DNA from: Pseudidiomarina mangrovi
Lineage (GTDB): Bacteria > Pseudomonadota > Gammaproteobacteria > Enterobacterales > Alteromonadaceae
Length of the DNA: 40,000 nt
Direction of reading: 5' to 3'
Assembly (NCBI RefSeq): GCF_003999375.1
Contig: NZ_RJLC01000014.1
Span: forward strand, 267,193 to 307,192
Part shown: one piece after another, positions 15,661 through 22,596 of the stretch
How the letters are laid out: each line of letters begins with the position of its first letter
Numbering within the stretch: the stretch's first letter is position 1
The notes under the pieces: model-generated
Database searches by the model: none
What the model saw: the letters and a program-made list of their open reading frames with translations, nothing else
What the model was told of the DNA's origin: nothing
Program-made: the position numbers and the translations under genes

Positions 15661-15750
15661 CAAAGTCGCACACTTAAAGCTTGCATGTAGGATAAATATG
15701 TCCTATTTTCAATTACATAATTTAAACAAAAATAGTGTTATCAGGCGTAG
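15661..15750 (+). other. attI region (primary recombination site region next to intI)
   Basis: Lies between the intI start and the first cassette gene. Contains GTTATCA at 15737-15743 as a candidate crossover core. A homologous copy is at 25557-25648. Confidence 0.6.
15681..15709 (+). promoter_or_regulatory. candidate cassette-directed promoter (Pc-like) inside attI
   Basis: TTGCAT (15681-15686), 17 bp, TATTTT (15704-15709), pointing into the array. The same architecture is conserved in the second attI copy (TTGCAT 25577-25582, 17 bp, TACTTT 25600-25605). Confidence 0.3.
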
Positions 15751-15906
15751 TCGAACAACAAAGTGTGCGTGCTTACTTTGCTGACAAGAAAAGGCGACAT
15801 TTTAGATGGTTTTTGTATTGTTTTTGGTGAGTTACTAGGTACACCGAACGATTACGACATGTGCCAGAACACTATACAAATGTTATGTGCTCGCAAGGAA
15901 CCAAGT

Positions 15907-16314
15907 ATGGCTTTAAATTTGAAAGAGGTTGATGGCGTTCCAATCCAAGCTAAACACAAAGCTACCTGCCATTGTGGTTCTGTTGAGTTTGAGCTTGATT
16001 TGCCGGATGGTTTGGTTGAATTACGTCGCTGTGATTGTTCGCTTTGCCGGCGGCGTGGAGCAATAGCGGCTTCAATTCCTCTGTCGGGTATAAAAATTAT
16101 AAAAGGTGAGAGCTTTTTAAAGCTTTATCAGTTTAATACAAAGACAGCCAAGCATTATTTTTGCAGTAACTGCGGTATTTATACCCACCATCAACGCAGG
16201 TCAAATCCAACGCAGTACGGTTTTAATGTTGCTTGCCTTGAGGGAATTAACCCATTGAAAATACCAAATGTACCAACCAACGATGGTGTAAACCACCCGG
16301 CCGATCGCAAATAA
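15907..16314 (+). CDS. GFA (glutathione-dependent formaldehyde-activating / CENP-V) family protein, cassette 1
   Basis: Cys-rich zinc motifs CHCGSVEF, RCDCSLCRRRG, FCSNCGIYTHHQ. AAGGAA Shine-Dalgarno before ATG 15907; the track start at 15763 is unsupported. Confidence 0.8.
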   Translation: MALNLKEVDGVPIQAKHKATCHCGSVEFELDLPDGLVELRRCDCSLCRRRGAIAASIPLSGIKIIKGESFLKLYQFNTKTAKHYFCSNCGIYTHHQRRSNPTQYGFNVACLEGINPLKIPNVPTNDGVNHPADRK

Positions 16315-16318
16315 TGGC

Positions 16319-16409
16319 ACATAACAAGCAAATTTTATCGCCAGCAAAAAGCGCTGGCTGCGACGTCAACCCGCTGCGCGGCTTTCCGCGCTAAATTTGG
16401 GCGTTATGT
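16319..16409 (+). repeat. attC site 1 (91 bp)
   Basis: ACATAAC (16319-16325) ... GTTATGT (16403-16409) are exact reverse complements. Internal dyads AACAAGCAAATTT / AAATTTGGGCGTT. Begins 5 bp after the stop codon. Confidence 0.85.
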
Positions 16410-16422
16410 GTAAGGATGCTTC

Positions 16423-16728
16423 GTGAAGACTATAGTTTTATACGGATTTGAAGGTGAGTTTGTTGGTGGTAATGAATACGATTACAACCATCCTGAATTG
16501 CATCATGTCCATAAATGCATATTATTTTTGGCTCAGGATAGTGAACATCCAGATTTTGAATTCGTGACTACGGAATGCTCAAAGTTTGGCTTTGCCAACT
16601 TGAAAAACCTCACTGGTAAGCCGCTAAAGGTTGATGTACTGAATACAGACAGTTTTCGCGGTTTTGCTGGTTTCTACGAAGAAGCATTAAACGAGGGTAG
16701 CTCAATTGTTTACTACCCAAACACATAA
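16423..16728 (+). CDS. hypothetical protein, cassette 2
   Basis: 101-aa ORF, GTG start 6 nt after an AAGGA Shine-Dalgarno; stop TAA embedded in the attC inverse core. No family recognised. Confidence 0.6.
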   Translation: MKTIVLYGFEGEFVGGNEYDYNHPELHHVHKCILFLAQDSEHPDFEFVTTECSKFGFANLKNLTGKPLKVDVLNTDSFRGFAGFYEEALNEGSSIVYYPNT

Positions 16729-16800
16729 CAAACCGCGTCATTCGGGGCCTCCGGCCCCTGCGACGCTCACAAGCTCGCGCGCATGCGCGGGGCGTTATAA
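16723..16800 (+). repeat. attC site 2 (78 bp)
   Basis: ACATAAC ... GTTATAA; internal CCGCG/CGCGG pairing. Same sequence family as attC 15. Confidence 0.85.
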
Positions 16801-16815
16801 CTCACGAGGAAAGAG

Positions 16816-17340
16816 ATGAGAAAGCGTCAATTCAGCTGGATTCTAATTTGCGTTCTCTTTTGGGGTGCTGCAAACGCAGAAACAACCCCAGGTCCAGTTG
16901 CTAAAGAAGCGGGTGACCTCGGGCTTGTAATTGTTGCATCCGGCACGCCTAAATACATCGAAGAATGGTTATCTACACCTTCGAGCCATGGAGTAACGAT
17001 AAAAAGATTAAAGGTGGCAAAGCCTGATCAACTGATCGTAACGGCATTCTTGGTTACAGGCATGTCAGCTAACGATGATGGCAATTATGAATTTAGCGTC
17101 TCATTTTATATTCTTGATCCGAACGAAAAGCCAATATTTGGGCAGCGTGATTATGCTAAAGGGAGAGGCGAGTTGCCTTCTAAACCAATGCTAACAATGG
17201 CCGACCCTGCATTGGACCTAATACTTGAGGATAGTGATCCAGAGGGAGTTTATACAATATTGGCTCAGGTTGTGGATTTAGTAAATGGAAAAAAAGCTAG
17301 TGATTCATATAGCATCAAGTTCATCAAAGGTGATTTATAA
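16816..17340 (+). CDS. secreted hypothetical protein, cassette 3
   Basis: 174 aa with N-terminal signal peptide (ILICVLFWGAANA/ET). No family recognised. Confidence 0.65.
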   Translation: MRKRQFSWILICVLFWGAANAETTPGPVAKEAGDLGLVIVASGTPKYIEEWLSTPSSHGVTIKRLKVAKPDQLIVTAFLVTGMSANDDGNYEFSVSFYILDPNEKPIFGQRDYAKGRGELPSKPMLTMADPALDLILEDSDPEGVYTILAQVVDLVNGKKASDSYSIKFIKGDL

Positions 17341-17404
17341 CAATGCGCTCCAGCCGATTCGTCGCCGCGATGCGGCGCCTTTCGGCTGAGCTTAGGCGTT
17401 ATGT
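17335..17404 (+). repeat. attC site 3 (70 bp)
   Basis: TTATAAC ... GTTATGT with CAGCCGA / TCGGCTG inner stem. Confidence 0.8.
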
Positions 17405-17410
17405 TTCTAG

Positions 17411-17812
17411 GTGAATATGTCTAAACTCTGCGCAAATACGTTCAAGCTTTCTGACGTCACATCTGGCGGTATGTTTGGAGTCGCAAGTTTAGGTGCACTA
17501 CTGTCATTTGTCGTACCTAAAATTGCGTTAGTAGTGGCTGCAATAGTTCATAGTTTATCTTTGGGTAGTGGAGGCTATTTGTATTTCATAGCTTTTATCG
17601 GGCTAAACTATCTTACGTTCAGACATAGACCAGTTGCATTATTAGGTCACATTCTCCTAATTTTACTTTTAGCTGTATTTGGTAGTGGTTTTTCATATTT
17701 ATATACCACTTTGTTTTTCATATATTTATTGCCTTACATCTTGGTGTACATAGAGGCAACGAAACATAACAAGTCAAGCAACCCGGAGGCGGCACGCCGC
17801 ACCGGTTCTTGA
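17411..17812 (+). CDS. hypothetical polytopic membrane protein, cassette 4
   Basis: About 4 predicted TM helices. Start is GTG 17411 or ATG 17417. The ORF reads through most of attC 4 before its stop. Confidence 0.6.
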   Translation: MNMSKLCANTFKLSDVTSGGMFGVASLGALLSFVVPKIALVVAAIVHSLSLGSGGYLYFIAFIGLNYLTFRHRPVALLGHILLILLLAVFGSGFSYLYTTLFFIYLLPYILVYIEATKHNKSSNPEAARRTGS

Positions 17813-17822
17813 AGCGTTATGT
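17764..17822 (+). repeat. attC site 4 (59 bp)
   Basis: ACATAAC ... GTTATGT; TCAAG..AACC / GGTT..CTTGA pairing. Confidence 0.85.
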
Positions 17823-17843
17823 GTATCAGGTTAGGTGAATAAA

Positions 17844-18116
17844 ATGAGCGCTGGAATACCTCTATTTGCGGTAAGTTGTTTAGCGGTTCTTATATTAGTG
17901 GCATGGTTGTGGGGCGGTTCCGGTACTTTACGAAGCAGAACGATGATTGCTAGCTTTACCTTGCTGCTTCTGTCTGTATCTTGGTTTGCGTTGCTGTTAT
18001 TCGGCGTATTTCACCCGGTTGGGTCTTGGGCTATGGGCGTAGGTTTTGTTGTATCAGTAGCGGCGCTCTTCATACCTACCATACATAATAGGTACCAGAA
18101 AAATGGAAACACATAA
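17844..18116 (+). CDS. hypothetical small membrane protein, cassette 5
   Basis: About 3 TM helices; AGGTGA Shine-Dalgarno 5 nt before ATG 17844; stop TAA inside the attC inverse core. Confidence 0.6.
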   Translation: MSAGIPLFAVSCLAVLILVAWLWGGSGTLRSRTMIASFTLLLLSVSWFALLLFGVFHPVGSWAMGVGFVVSVAALFIPTIHNRYQKNGNT

Positions 18117-18188
18117 CCAAGCCATTAAGTACGCGCACTTCGTGCGCCGGACCTCGTTTCACTCGGCCGCTTATGGCGGGCGTTAAAT
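18111..18188 (+). repeat. attC site 5 (78 bp)
   Basis: ACATAAC ... GTTAAAT. Same family as attC 13 and 14 (CCATTAA...GGCGGGCGTTA). Confidence 0.85.
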
Positions 18189-18202
18189 ACCAATCATAGC
18201 CT

Positions 18203-18592
18203 ATGAGAATCGGTGAGCTTGCAAAAAGTGCGGGAGTTTCGGTTGAGACGGTTCGTTACTATCAACGGCGGGGACTTCTGGATATTCCAGAGTGCCCATA
18301 CGGAGAGAACCGGCACTACTCGACTTCGCACCGTGATCGTCTGTCTTTTATCAGGCGCGCTCAAGCGCTTGGGTTCACGCTATCGGAAATTGGCACCCTG
18401 CTTGAACTTTCAGCATCCGATTGCTCGGGGGTCGAAAGCGTAGCTAAGCGTAAATTGTTGCTGGTGCGCAAAAAATTAATTGATCTTGCCAAGATTGAAG
18501 CTGTTTTGGAGCAAGCCGTTGCTAGCTGTAAAGATCGTAAGCCTTATGCGGGCTGCCCCATCATAGAGAGCTTGATCGACGAAGAACCTTGA
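18203..18592 (+). CDS. merR: MerR-family Hg(II)-type metalloregulator, cassette 6 gene 1
   Basis: N-terminal HTH MRIGELAKSAGVSVETVRYYQRRGLL. Cys74/Cys109/Cys118 have the 35- and 9-residue spacing of the MerR metal-binding cysteines (C82/C117/C126 in Tn21/Tn501), ending C-X8-C-P-I-I. Confidence 0.85.
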   Translation: MRIGELAKSAGVSVETVRYYQRRGLLDIPECPYGENRHYSTSHRDRLSFIRRAQALGFTLSEIGTLLELSASDCSGVESVAKRKLLLVRKKLIDLAKIEAVLEQAVASCKDRKPYAGCPIIESLIDEEP

Positions 18593-18620
18593 CACCGTAC
18601 CTAGGTACGGGATTTATACT
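18589..18620 (+). promoter_or_regulatory. mer-type operator/promoter with over-long spacer
   Basis: TTGACA (18589-18594), a 20-bp spacer (19 bp if -10 is TTATAC), TATACT (18615-18620). The spacer holds the perfect palindrome CCGTAC-CTAG-GTACGG (18595-18610), which resembles the Tn21/Tn501 mer operator dyad TCCGTAC-N4-GTACGGA. Confidence 0.75.
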
Positions 18621-18651
18621 GACAGTGTCTCAATAATCAAGGTCTCTTACA

Positions 18652-19035
18652 ATGAAAGAATCTCTCCTGAGCTTTGGTGGTATCGGAAGCGGTGTGGCAG
18701 CGGTAGCGGCTGCGACTCCATGCTGTTTTCCGGTGCTTGCTTCCGTTGCCAGCATCGTCGGTTTATCAGCTTTACTGCCTTACTCCGAGTACATTGCTTA
18801 CATCGTGCAAATATTCGGTTTGCTGGCAGTTGTTGGTGCTTATCTGTCATTTCGCAAACATGGCAAGCATGGGCCATTAGCCTTAACCGTATTGTGCTTT
18901 AGCGCATTGTTGGTTGTTTATAACATTTTTCTACTAGGATGGCTGCTTTACTCTGCGCTGGTTGGGCTGGTAGTAGCTGCCATTTGGAACACTTTGGAAG
19001 CCAAGAGGTGTAATCAATGCATAACACAAGCATAG
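18652..19035 (+). CDS. MerC-family membrane transporter-like protein, cassette 6 gene 2
   Basis: 4 TM helices. ATPCCFPVLASVASIVGLSAL parallels MerC GCAACFPALASFGAAIGLGFL (paired Cys in TM1). C-terminal CNQC. Confidence 0.7.
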   Translation: MKESLLSFGGIGSGVAAVAAATPCCFPVLASVASIVGLSALLPYSEYIAYIVQIFGLLAVVGAYLSFRKHGKHGPLALTVLCFSALLVVYNIFLLGWLLYSALVGLVVAAIWNTLEAKRCNQCITQA

Positions 19036-19232
19036 TGCTTCAATCGGAAATCACTTGCCCGCACTGTGGTTATCAAAAAACTGAAACCATGCCAACTGAC
19101 GCATGCCAATATTTCTATGACTGCGAGTTCTGCAAAAGGGTCCTAGAACCAAACGCCGGAGATTGCTGTGTTTTTTGTAGCTTTGGTTCGATTAAATGTC
19201 CTCCAATACAGGAAGGCAAGTGTTGCGAGTAA
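19017..19232 (+). CDS. GDCCVxC-motif small cysteine-rich protein, cassette 6 gene 3
   Basis: 71 aa with CPHC, CxxxxxCxxC and the GDCCVFC motif; ends KCCE. Overlaps the merC-like 3' end (alternative GTG start at 19035). Confidence 0.7.
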   Translation: MHNTSIVLQSEITCPHCGYQKTETMPTDACQYFYDCEFCKRVLEPNAGDCCVFCSFGSIKCPPIQEGKCCE

Positions 19233-19236
19233 TGGC

Positions 19237-19327
19237 ATTTAACAATCAAATTTTATCGCCAGCAAAAAGCGCTGGCTGCGACGTCAACCCGCTGCGCGGC
19301 TTTCCGCGCTAAATTTGGGCGTTAGCA
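19237..19327 (+). repeat. attC site 6 (91 bp)
   Basis: ATTTAAC ... GTTAGCA. The central ~77 bp looks identical to attC 1 (CAAATTTTATCGCCAGCAAAAAGCGCTGGCTGCGACGTCAACCCGCTGCGCGGCTTTCCGCGCTAAATTTGGGCGTTA). Confidence 0.85.
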
Positions 19328-19382
19328 GGCACTTCTTTCTAGCTATCTTGCCAAATGAGTAAAAAAGGAATAATTTATACTC

Positions 19383-19646
19383 ATGCACATTTTCGAGTTT
19401 GATAACGATAAGAGCCAAGCGAATCTAGAGAAGCATGGAATCAGTTTTCATGACGCGCAGGCCTTATGGGATGACCAGGATCTTCTTGAGGTTCAAGCAA
19501 AGACGGTCGATGAACCACGCTACCTCGTTATTGGTCTTATTGGTAGCAAACACTGGTCTGCTGTTATCACTTACCGAGGGGAGAAAATTCGTCTCATCTC
19601 GGTAAGGCGCTCGCGTAAGAGAGAGGTAGAGTTGTATGAAAGCTAA
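19383..19646 (+). CDS. brnT: BrnT-family (DUF497) type II toxin, cassette 7
   Basis: 87 aa; FEFDNDKSQANLEKHGISFHDAQ ... RLISVRRSRKREVELY is typical of BrnT. Overlaps the downstream brnA by 11 nt. Confidence 0.8.
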   Translation: MHIFEFDNDKSQANLEKHGISFHDAQALWDDQDLLEVQAKTVDEPRYLVIGLIGSKHWSAVITYRGEKIRLISVRRSRKREVELYES

Positions 19647-19905
19647 AGATTTTGACACGAAGTTTGATGAAGGTGCAGATGACATCATTGATGATCTGGA
19701 TGTCAAGAGCGCACGGCGGGTAAACCAGGAAGCGAAACGTATTAACGTAGACTTTCCTGCTTGGGTAGTTGAGTCACTTGATCGCGAAGCTGCTCGAATT
19801 GGCGTGACTCGGCAGTCGATTATTAAAGTTTGGCTTGTAGAGCGTTTACGGGCTGAAGCTGCTAACAAACCGCTGAAAGATGATGCCGCAAGCGGCGCAC
19901 GTTAG
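19636..19905 (+). CDS. brnA: BrnA-family antitoxin (CopG/RHH-like C-terminus), cassette 7
   Basis: 89 aa; INVDFPAWVVESLDREAARIGVTRQSIIKVWLVERL is a BrnA-type DNA-binding region. The tail is encoded within attC 7. Confidence 0.8.
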   Translation: MKAKDFDTKFDEGADDIIDDLDVKSARRVNQEAKRINVDFPAWVVESLDREAARIGVTRQSIIKVWLVERLRAEAANKPLKDDAASGAR

Positions 19906-19918
19906 CGGAGCGTTATGT
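19860..19918 (+). repeat. attC site 7 (59 bp)
   Basis: TGCTAAC ... GTTATGT, overlapping the brnA 3' end. Confidence 0.75.
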
Positions 19919-19927
19919 GGTGATGCA

Positions 19928-20212
19928 ATGAATCGTCGCTACGATGTATTTGATTTCGTTGTGATGGTCGGCTTCGTGCTGATCGTCGTGGCACTTGGAC
20001 TGTTTTTTGTATTGCAGGCAGCCGATACCTTTGAGGTTTTGGTTACCTTGGGGCTGTGGGTGATTTTCTCTTTTTTCATAACAGCACTCGTGCATGGCGT
20101 CGCTCGGGGGATCCCAAGGACCGAAGTGAAGGTGCCCAAAGGGTTTGCTTTGCTCGCTTTCAGTATCAGTGGAGCATTGTTTCTATCTGCCTGGGTCATT
20201 CGTGGCACATAA
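19928..20212 (+). CDS. hypothetical small membrane protein, cassette 8
   Basis: 3 TM helices. ATG 19928 is the first in-frame start inside the cassette; the track start at 19880 lies in the previous cassette. Confidence 0.6.
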   Translation: MNRRYDVFDFVVMVGFVLIVVALGLFFVLQAADTFEVLVTLGLWVIFSFFITALVHGVARGIPRTEVKVPKGFALLAFSISGALFLSAWVIRGT

Positions 20213-20305
20213 CCAGGCGCTCAAATGCGTTACGGCCACGAAAGGCGTGGCCTCCACCGGACAGCCACTGCTTCGCAGAGTCTGCCGTTTAGCATAGCGT
20301 TATGC
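20207..20305 (+). repeat. attC site 8 (99 bp)
   Basis: ACATAAC ... GTTATGC; the stop TAA of the upstream ORF lies in the inverse core. Confidence 0.7.
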
Positions 20306-20361
20306 CGGTTGAACAATTACCGTCAGCCTTAGAAACAACAACAGTTAAAAAGGAAAAGTAA

Positions 20362-20763
20362 ATGTCAGTATTTATTAATTTTCGACTGCTCATGATTGCT
20401 GGCTTAAGTTTCATTCTTTCGGCATGCGTTAATTTGCCCGGGCATCGCCAAACAATAGATGAAGATAATTTCTATTTACATATCACTGCCCCTTCTAAGG
20501 CTATAAAAGAAGAAATTCGTTTTAACGCAGAAGAAACAGAACTATTATTTTTACCCGAAAATGCTCAGATCGAGTTAGTTGTTGCAGATGATATCGGAAA
20601 ACATCAGCTCACGATAAAAGAACACCAAGGTTCTATTGTTTATCACTACAGGTTAAATGGACGTAAGACGACATTTGGAGACAAAGAAAAAGAGTGGTTC
20701 GCATCACAAGTCCCTTTAATCATTGAAAAATCTAAATATCGAGATGGTCCGAGTCAGGCATAA
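20362..20763 (+). CDS. hypothetical lipoprotein, cassette 9
   Basis: Signal peptide with lipobox ILSAC; AAAGGAAAAG Shine-Dalgarno. Confidence 0.65.
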   Translation: MSVFINFRLLMIAGLSFILSACVNLPGHRQTIDEDNFYLHITAPSKAIKEEIRFNAEETELLFLPENAQIELVVADDIGKHQLTIKEHQGSIVYHYRLNGRKTTFGDKEKEWFASQVPLIIEKSKYRDGPSQA

Positions 20764-20822
20764 CAAACGCCAGCACAACGCGCCTTTGGCGCTCGACTCG
20801 CAACAAGTTGCTCGCGTTATGC
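20758..20822 (+). repeat. attC site 9 (65 bp)
   Basis: GCATAAC ... GTTATGC (exact reverse complements). Confidence 0.85.
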
Positions 20823-20847
20823 ATGATGCTAACCACATGGAGTTTTT

Positions 20848-21507
20848 ATGAAATTATTGGTTTTTTTGGGCACCGTGCGTGAAAGCACTCCTCCGACACC
20901 AGCCCGACTGGGTGTTCGTGTAGCGAAAGCAGTTCTTGAATGCCTGAAAAGTCGATGTAAAGGCTATGAAATAGAGCTTATTGACGCTAAAGATTACCCA
21001 CTAGAGGCTGTATTCAAGCCGCACTTCGCGTATCCCAAAAGCAAGGCCCCTTCACAGCTCGTCGAGCTGGCTGAAAAGATTGAAAGTGCCGATGGATACA
21101 TTATGGTCAGCCCCGAATACAATCACTCAATGAGTCCGGCGCTTGCCAATCTTTTGAATCATTTTGGCAGCTCTTTATTTTCCTATAAGCCAAGTGCCAT
21201 CGTTACATACTCGGCAGGCCAATGGGGCGGGATGCGTGCAGCAATTGGAATGCGTACATTTCTTTCAGAGCTGGGCTGCCTGCCGGTCTCTTCGATGATA
21301 CATGTTCCCAAAGCGCAAGAAGTCTTTGCCGCCGATGGATCAATGCAGGCCGGGGAAGACAAGGACGCTTGGTTCGATTATTTCATACGAACATTCAACC
21401 AATTGATTTGGTGGGCCCAGGCGGCACATGGGTATCGAGTACAAGTTGACCCGCATAAGCTGGTAAAAGATTTCAAGAAGAATCCCTCTGAGCGAAACGC
21501 GCCTTAA
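20848..21507 (+). CDS. NAD(P)H-dependent FMN reductase-family flavoprotein, cassette 10
   Basis: Flavodoxin-like fold signature MKLLVFLGTVRE ... IMVSPEYNHSMSPALANLLNHF. Confidence 0.8.
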   Translation: MKLLVFLGTVRESTPPTPARLGVRVAKAVLECLKSRCKGYEIELIDAKDYPLEAVFKPHFAYPKSKAPSQLVELAEKIESADGYIMVSPEYNHSMSPALANLLNHFGSSLFSYKPSAIVTYSAGQWGGMRAAIGMRTFLSELGCLPVSSMIHVPKAQEVFAADGSMQAGEDKDAWFDYFIRTFNQLIWWAQAAHGYRVQVDPHKLVKDFKKNPSERNAP

Positions 21508-21518
21508 GAGAGGGAGTT

Positions 21519-21596
21519 GCATAACAATCGGCTGCACAGCGACCGACTTTCCGCCGCTTAGCGGCTCCAAACCGGCGCGTGAGCCGGGCGTTAGGT
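21519..21596 (+). repeat. attC site 10 (78 bp)
   Basis: GCATAAC ... GTTAGGT. Confidence 0.8.
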
Positions 21597-21602
21597 GATC
21601 TC

Positions 21603-22091
21603 GTGGCATTTCCCGAAACCAACATCGAATTACAACTACCATATAGAAATCATCTAAAGGTAGGTGATGTTTTTAGGCTCAAATATCCTGCCGAACGGTA
21701 CTTTCTCGGGCAAGTTTCGAGTTTAAATGCAAAGGCAGGAGGTTTCGATGATTGTATCCTGATTAATGTTTTCGCATTCGAACACTCCTCGCCAAGGGAT
21801 ATTAGTAGCCTGCCTTCTCTCGAATTACTAATTGCACCTCTTTATATAAATCGACTCGGCTTTTCTAGAGGATATATGCCTGTTATTGGTAATACTTCAG
21901 TCATGGAAACTTCATCGGAATATTGCTATTTTGATGTTTTATACAAGAAATATTTAGATTCAAAAGGGAACGAAATCTCAGATCCTAAAGGCTTGGTAGG
22001 TCCTTGGGGCTTAAGTAATTATTTGGTCATGGACGATCTAATCAGTGAAAAACTTGGTTTACCAATCAAAGGTGAGTCGTATGCCACCTAA
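21603..22091 (+). CDS. hypothetical protein, possibly Imm26/HocA-like immunity protein, cassette 11
   Basis: ORF open from 21579, but that start lies inside attC 10; GTG 21603 is the first in-cassette start. The pattern KVGDVFRLKYPAERYFLGQV...ILINVFAF recalls polymorphic-toxin immunity families from memory only. Confidence 0.5.
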   Translation: MAFPETNIELQLPYRNHLKVGDVFRLKYPAERYFLGQVSSLNAKAGGFDDCILINVFAFEHSSPRDISSLPSLELLIAPLYINRLGFSRGYMPVIGNTSVMETSSEYCYFDVLYKKYLDSKGNEISDPKGLVGPWGLSNYLVMDDLISEKLGLPIKGESYAT

Positions 22092-22157
22092 CAAGGCGCT
22101 GCTACGGAAATTTTACTCGCTAGCGCTCCTAAATTTCCGCACAGTGCAGCGTTAAGG
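22086..22157 (+). repeat. attC site 11 (72 bp)
   Basis: ACCTAAC ... GTTAAGG; GGAAATTT / AAATTTCC inner stem. Confidence 0.8.
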
Positions 22158-22172
22158 TTACAAGGAAAGCAA

Positions 22173-22487
22173 GTGAAAAAGTTTAGATACGTTTGTTTAT
22201 TATTTATTTTTAGCTTTGTCGGCTGTAGTGAAAAACCAGCTGATATCATTACTTGTGCTGGTGCAGTTTCTGAAGGAAGTGTTTGGGTTTCTATTTCAAG
22301 TGATAACCAAGTAACTATTGGTAGCTCACAATTTTCTGAGAGTTTGCTTCGTTCAAAACATCAAGTGGTTAAGCAGTCTTGTGATTCTGTCATAGTTATA
22401 ATTCAAGCTGATAAATATGCTAAAAATAAAGTAGTTTATGACACAATCCAAAAAATAAAATCATTGGGCTATCAAGTGTCGCAGTAA
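22173..22487 (+). CDS. hypothetical lipoprotein, cassette 12
   Basis: Lipobox FVGC. The C-terminal VIVIIQADKYAKNKVVYDTIQKIKSLGY resembles the ExbD/TolR periplasmic-domain pattern (weak). Confidence 0.6.
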   Translation: MKKFRYVCLLFIFSFVGCSEKPADIITCAGAVSEGSVWVSISSDNQVTIGSSQFSESLLRSKHQVVKQSCDSVIVIIQADKYAKNKVVYDTIQKIKSLGYQVSQ

Positions 22488-22587
22488 CCCTAACAAACCA
22501 AGTAAACGGGACAAATACGCGCAGGCTCCCGTCACTTCGTTCCGTATTATAGCCTGCGTGAAATTGCCCCTTCTTGGGGCGTTGGGT
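22488..22587 (+). repeat. attC site 12 (100 bp)
   Basis: CCCTAAC ... GTTGGGT; AAC..CCAAG / CTTGG..GTT pairing. Confidence 0.75.
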
Positions 22588-22596
22588 GGACACACC

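Noticed and set aside
15600-15760. Looked for a LexA (SOS) box CTGT-N8-ACAG in the intI promoter/attI region, as found at many integron integrases.
   Set aside because: I saw no CTG...CAG dyad with the right spacing on either strand. The nearest, CATGTAGGATAAATATG, lacks the CAG half. SOS control can be neither claimed nor excluded from sequence alone.
18213-18443. A 76-aa + strand ORF overlapping merR in another frame.
   Set aside because: The merR frame has an unambiguous HTH and a conserved Cys triad, so the alternative frame is a by-product.
19017-19025. GCATAAC inverse-core-like heptamer at the merC-like/GDCCVxC junction, which would split cassette 6 into two cassettes.
   Set aside because: No matching GTTRRRY core or dyad symmetry follows within 150 bp, and the two genes overlap. 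It is a chance match inside coding sequence.
19464-19868. A 134-aa minus-strand ORF antisense to brnTA, with a 127-aa counterpart at 25104-25487. Conservation of both might suggest a real gene.
   Set aside because: The conservation follows simply from duplication of the whole cassette. The translations are Ser/Arg-rich and low complexity, and the ORFs span both TA genes.
19901-19907. GTTAGCG as an alternative R' core for attC 7, 11 bp before the chosen GTTATGT.
   Set aside because: In the paralogous attC 17 this position reads ATTAGCG (no GTT) while the distal GTTAGTG is retained. The distal core also gives the better reverse-complement match to the inverse core.
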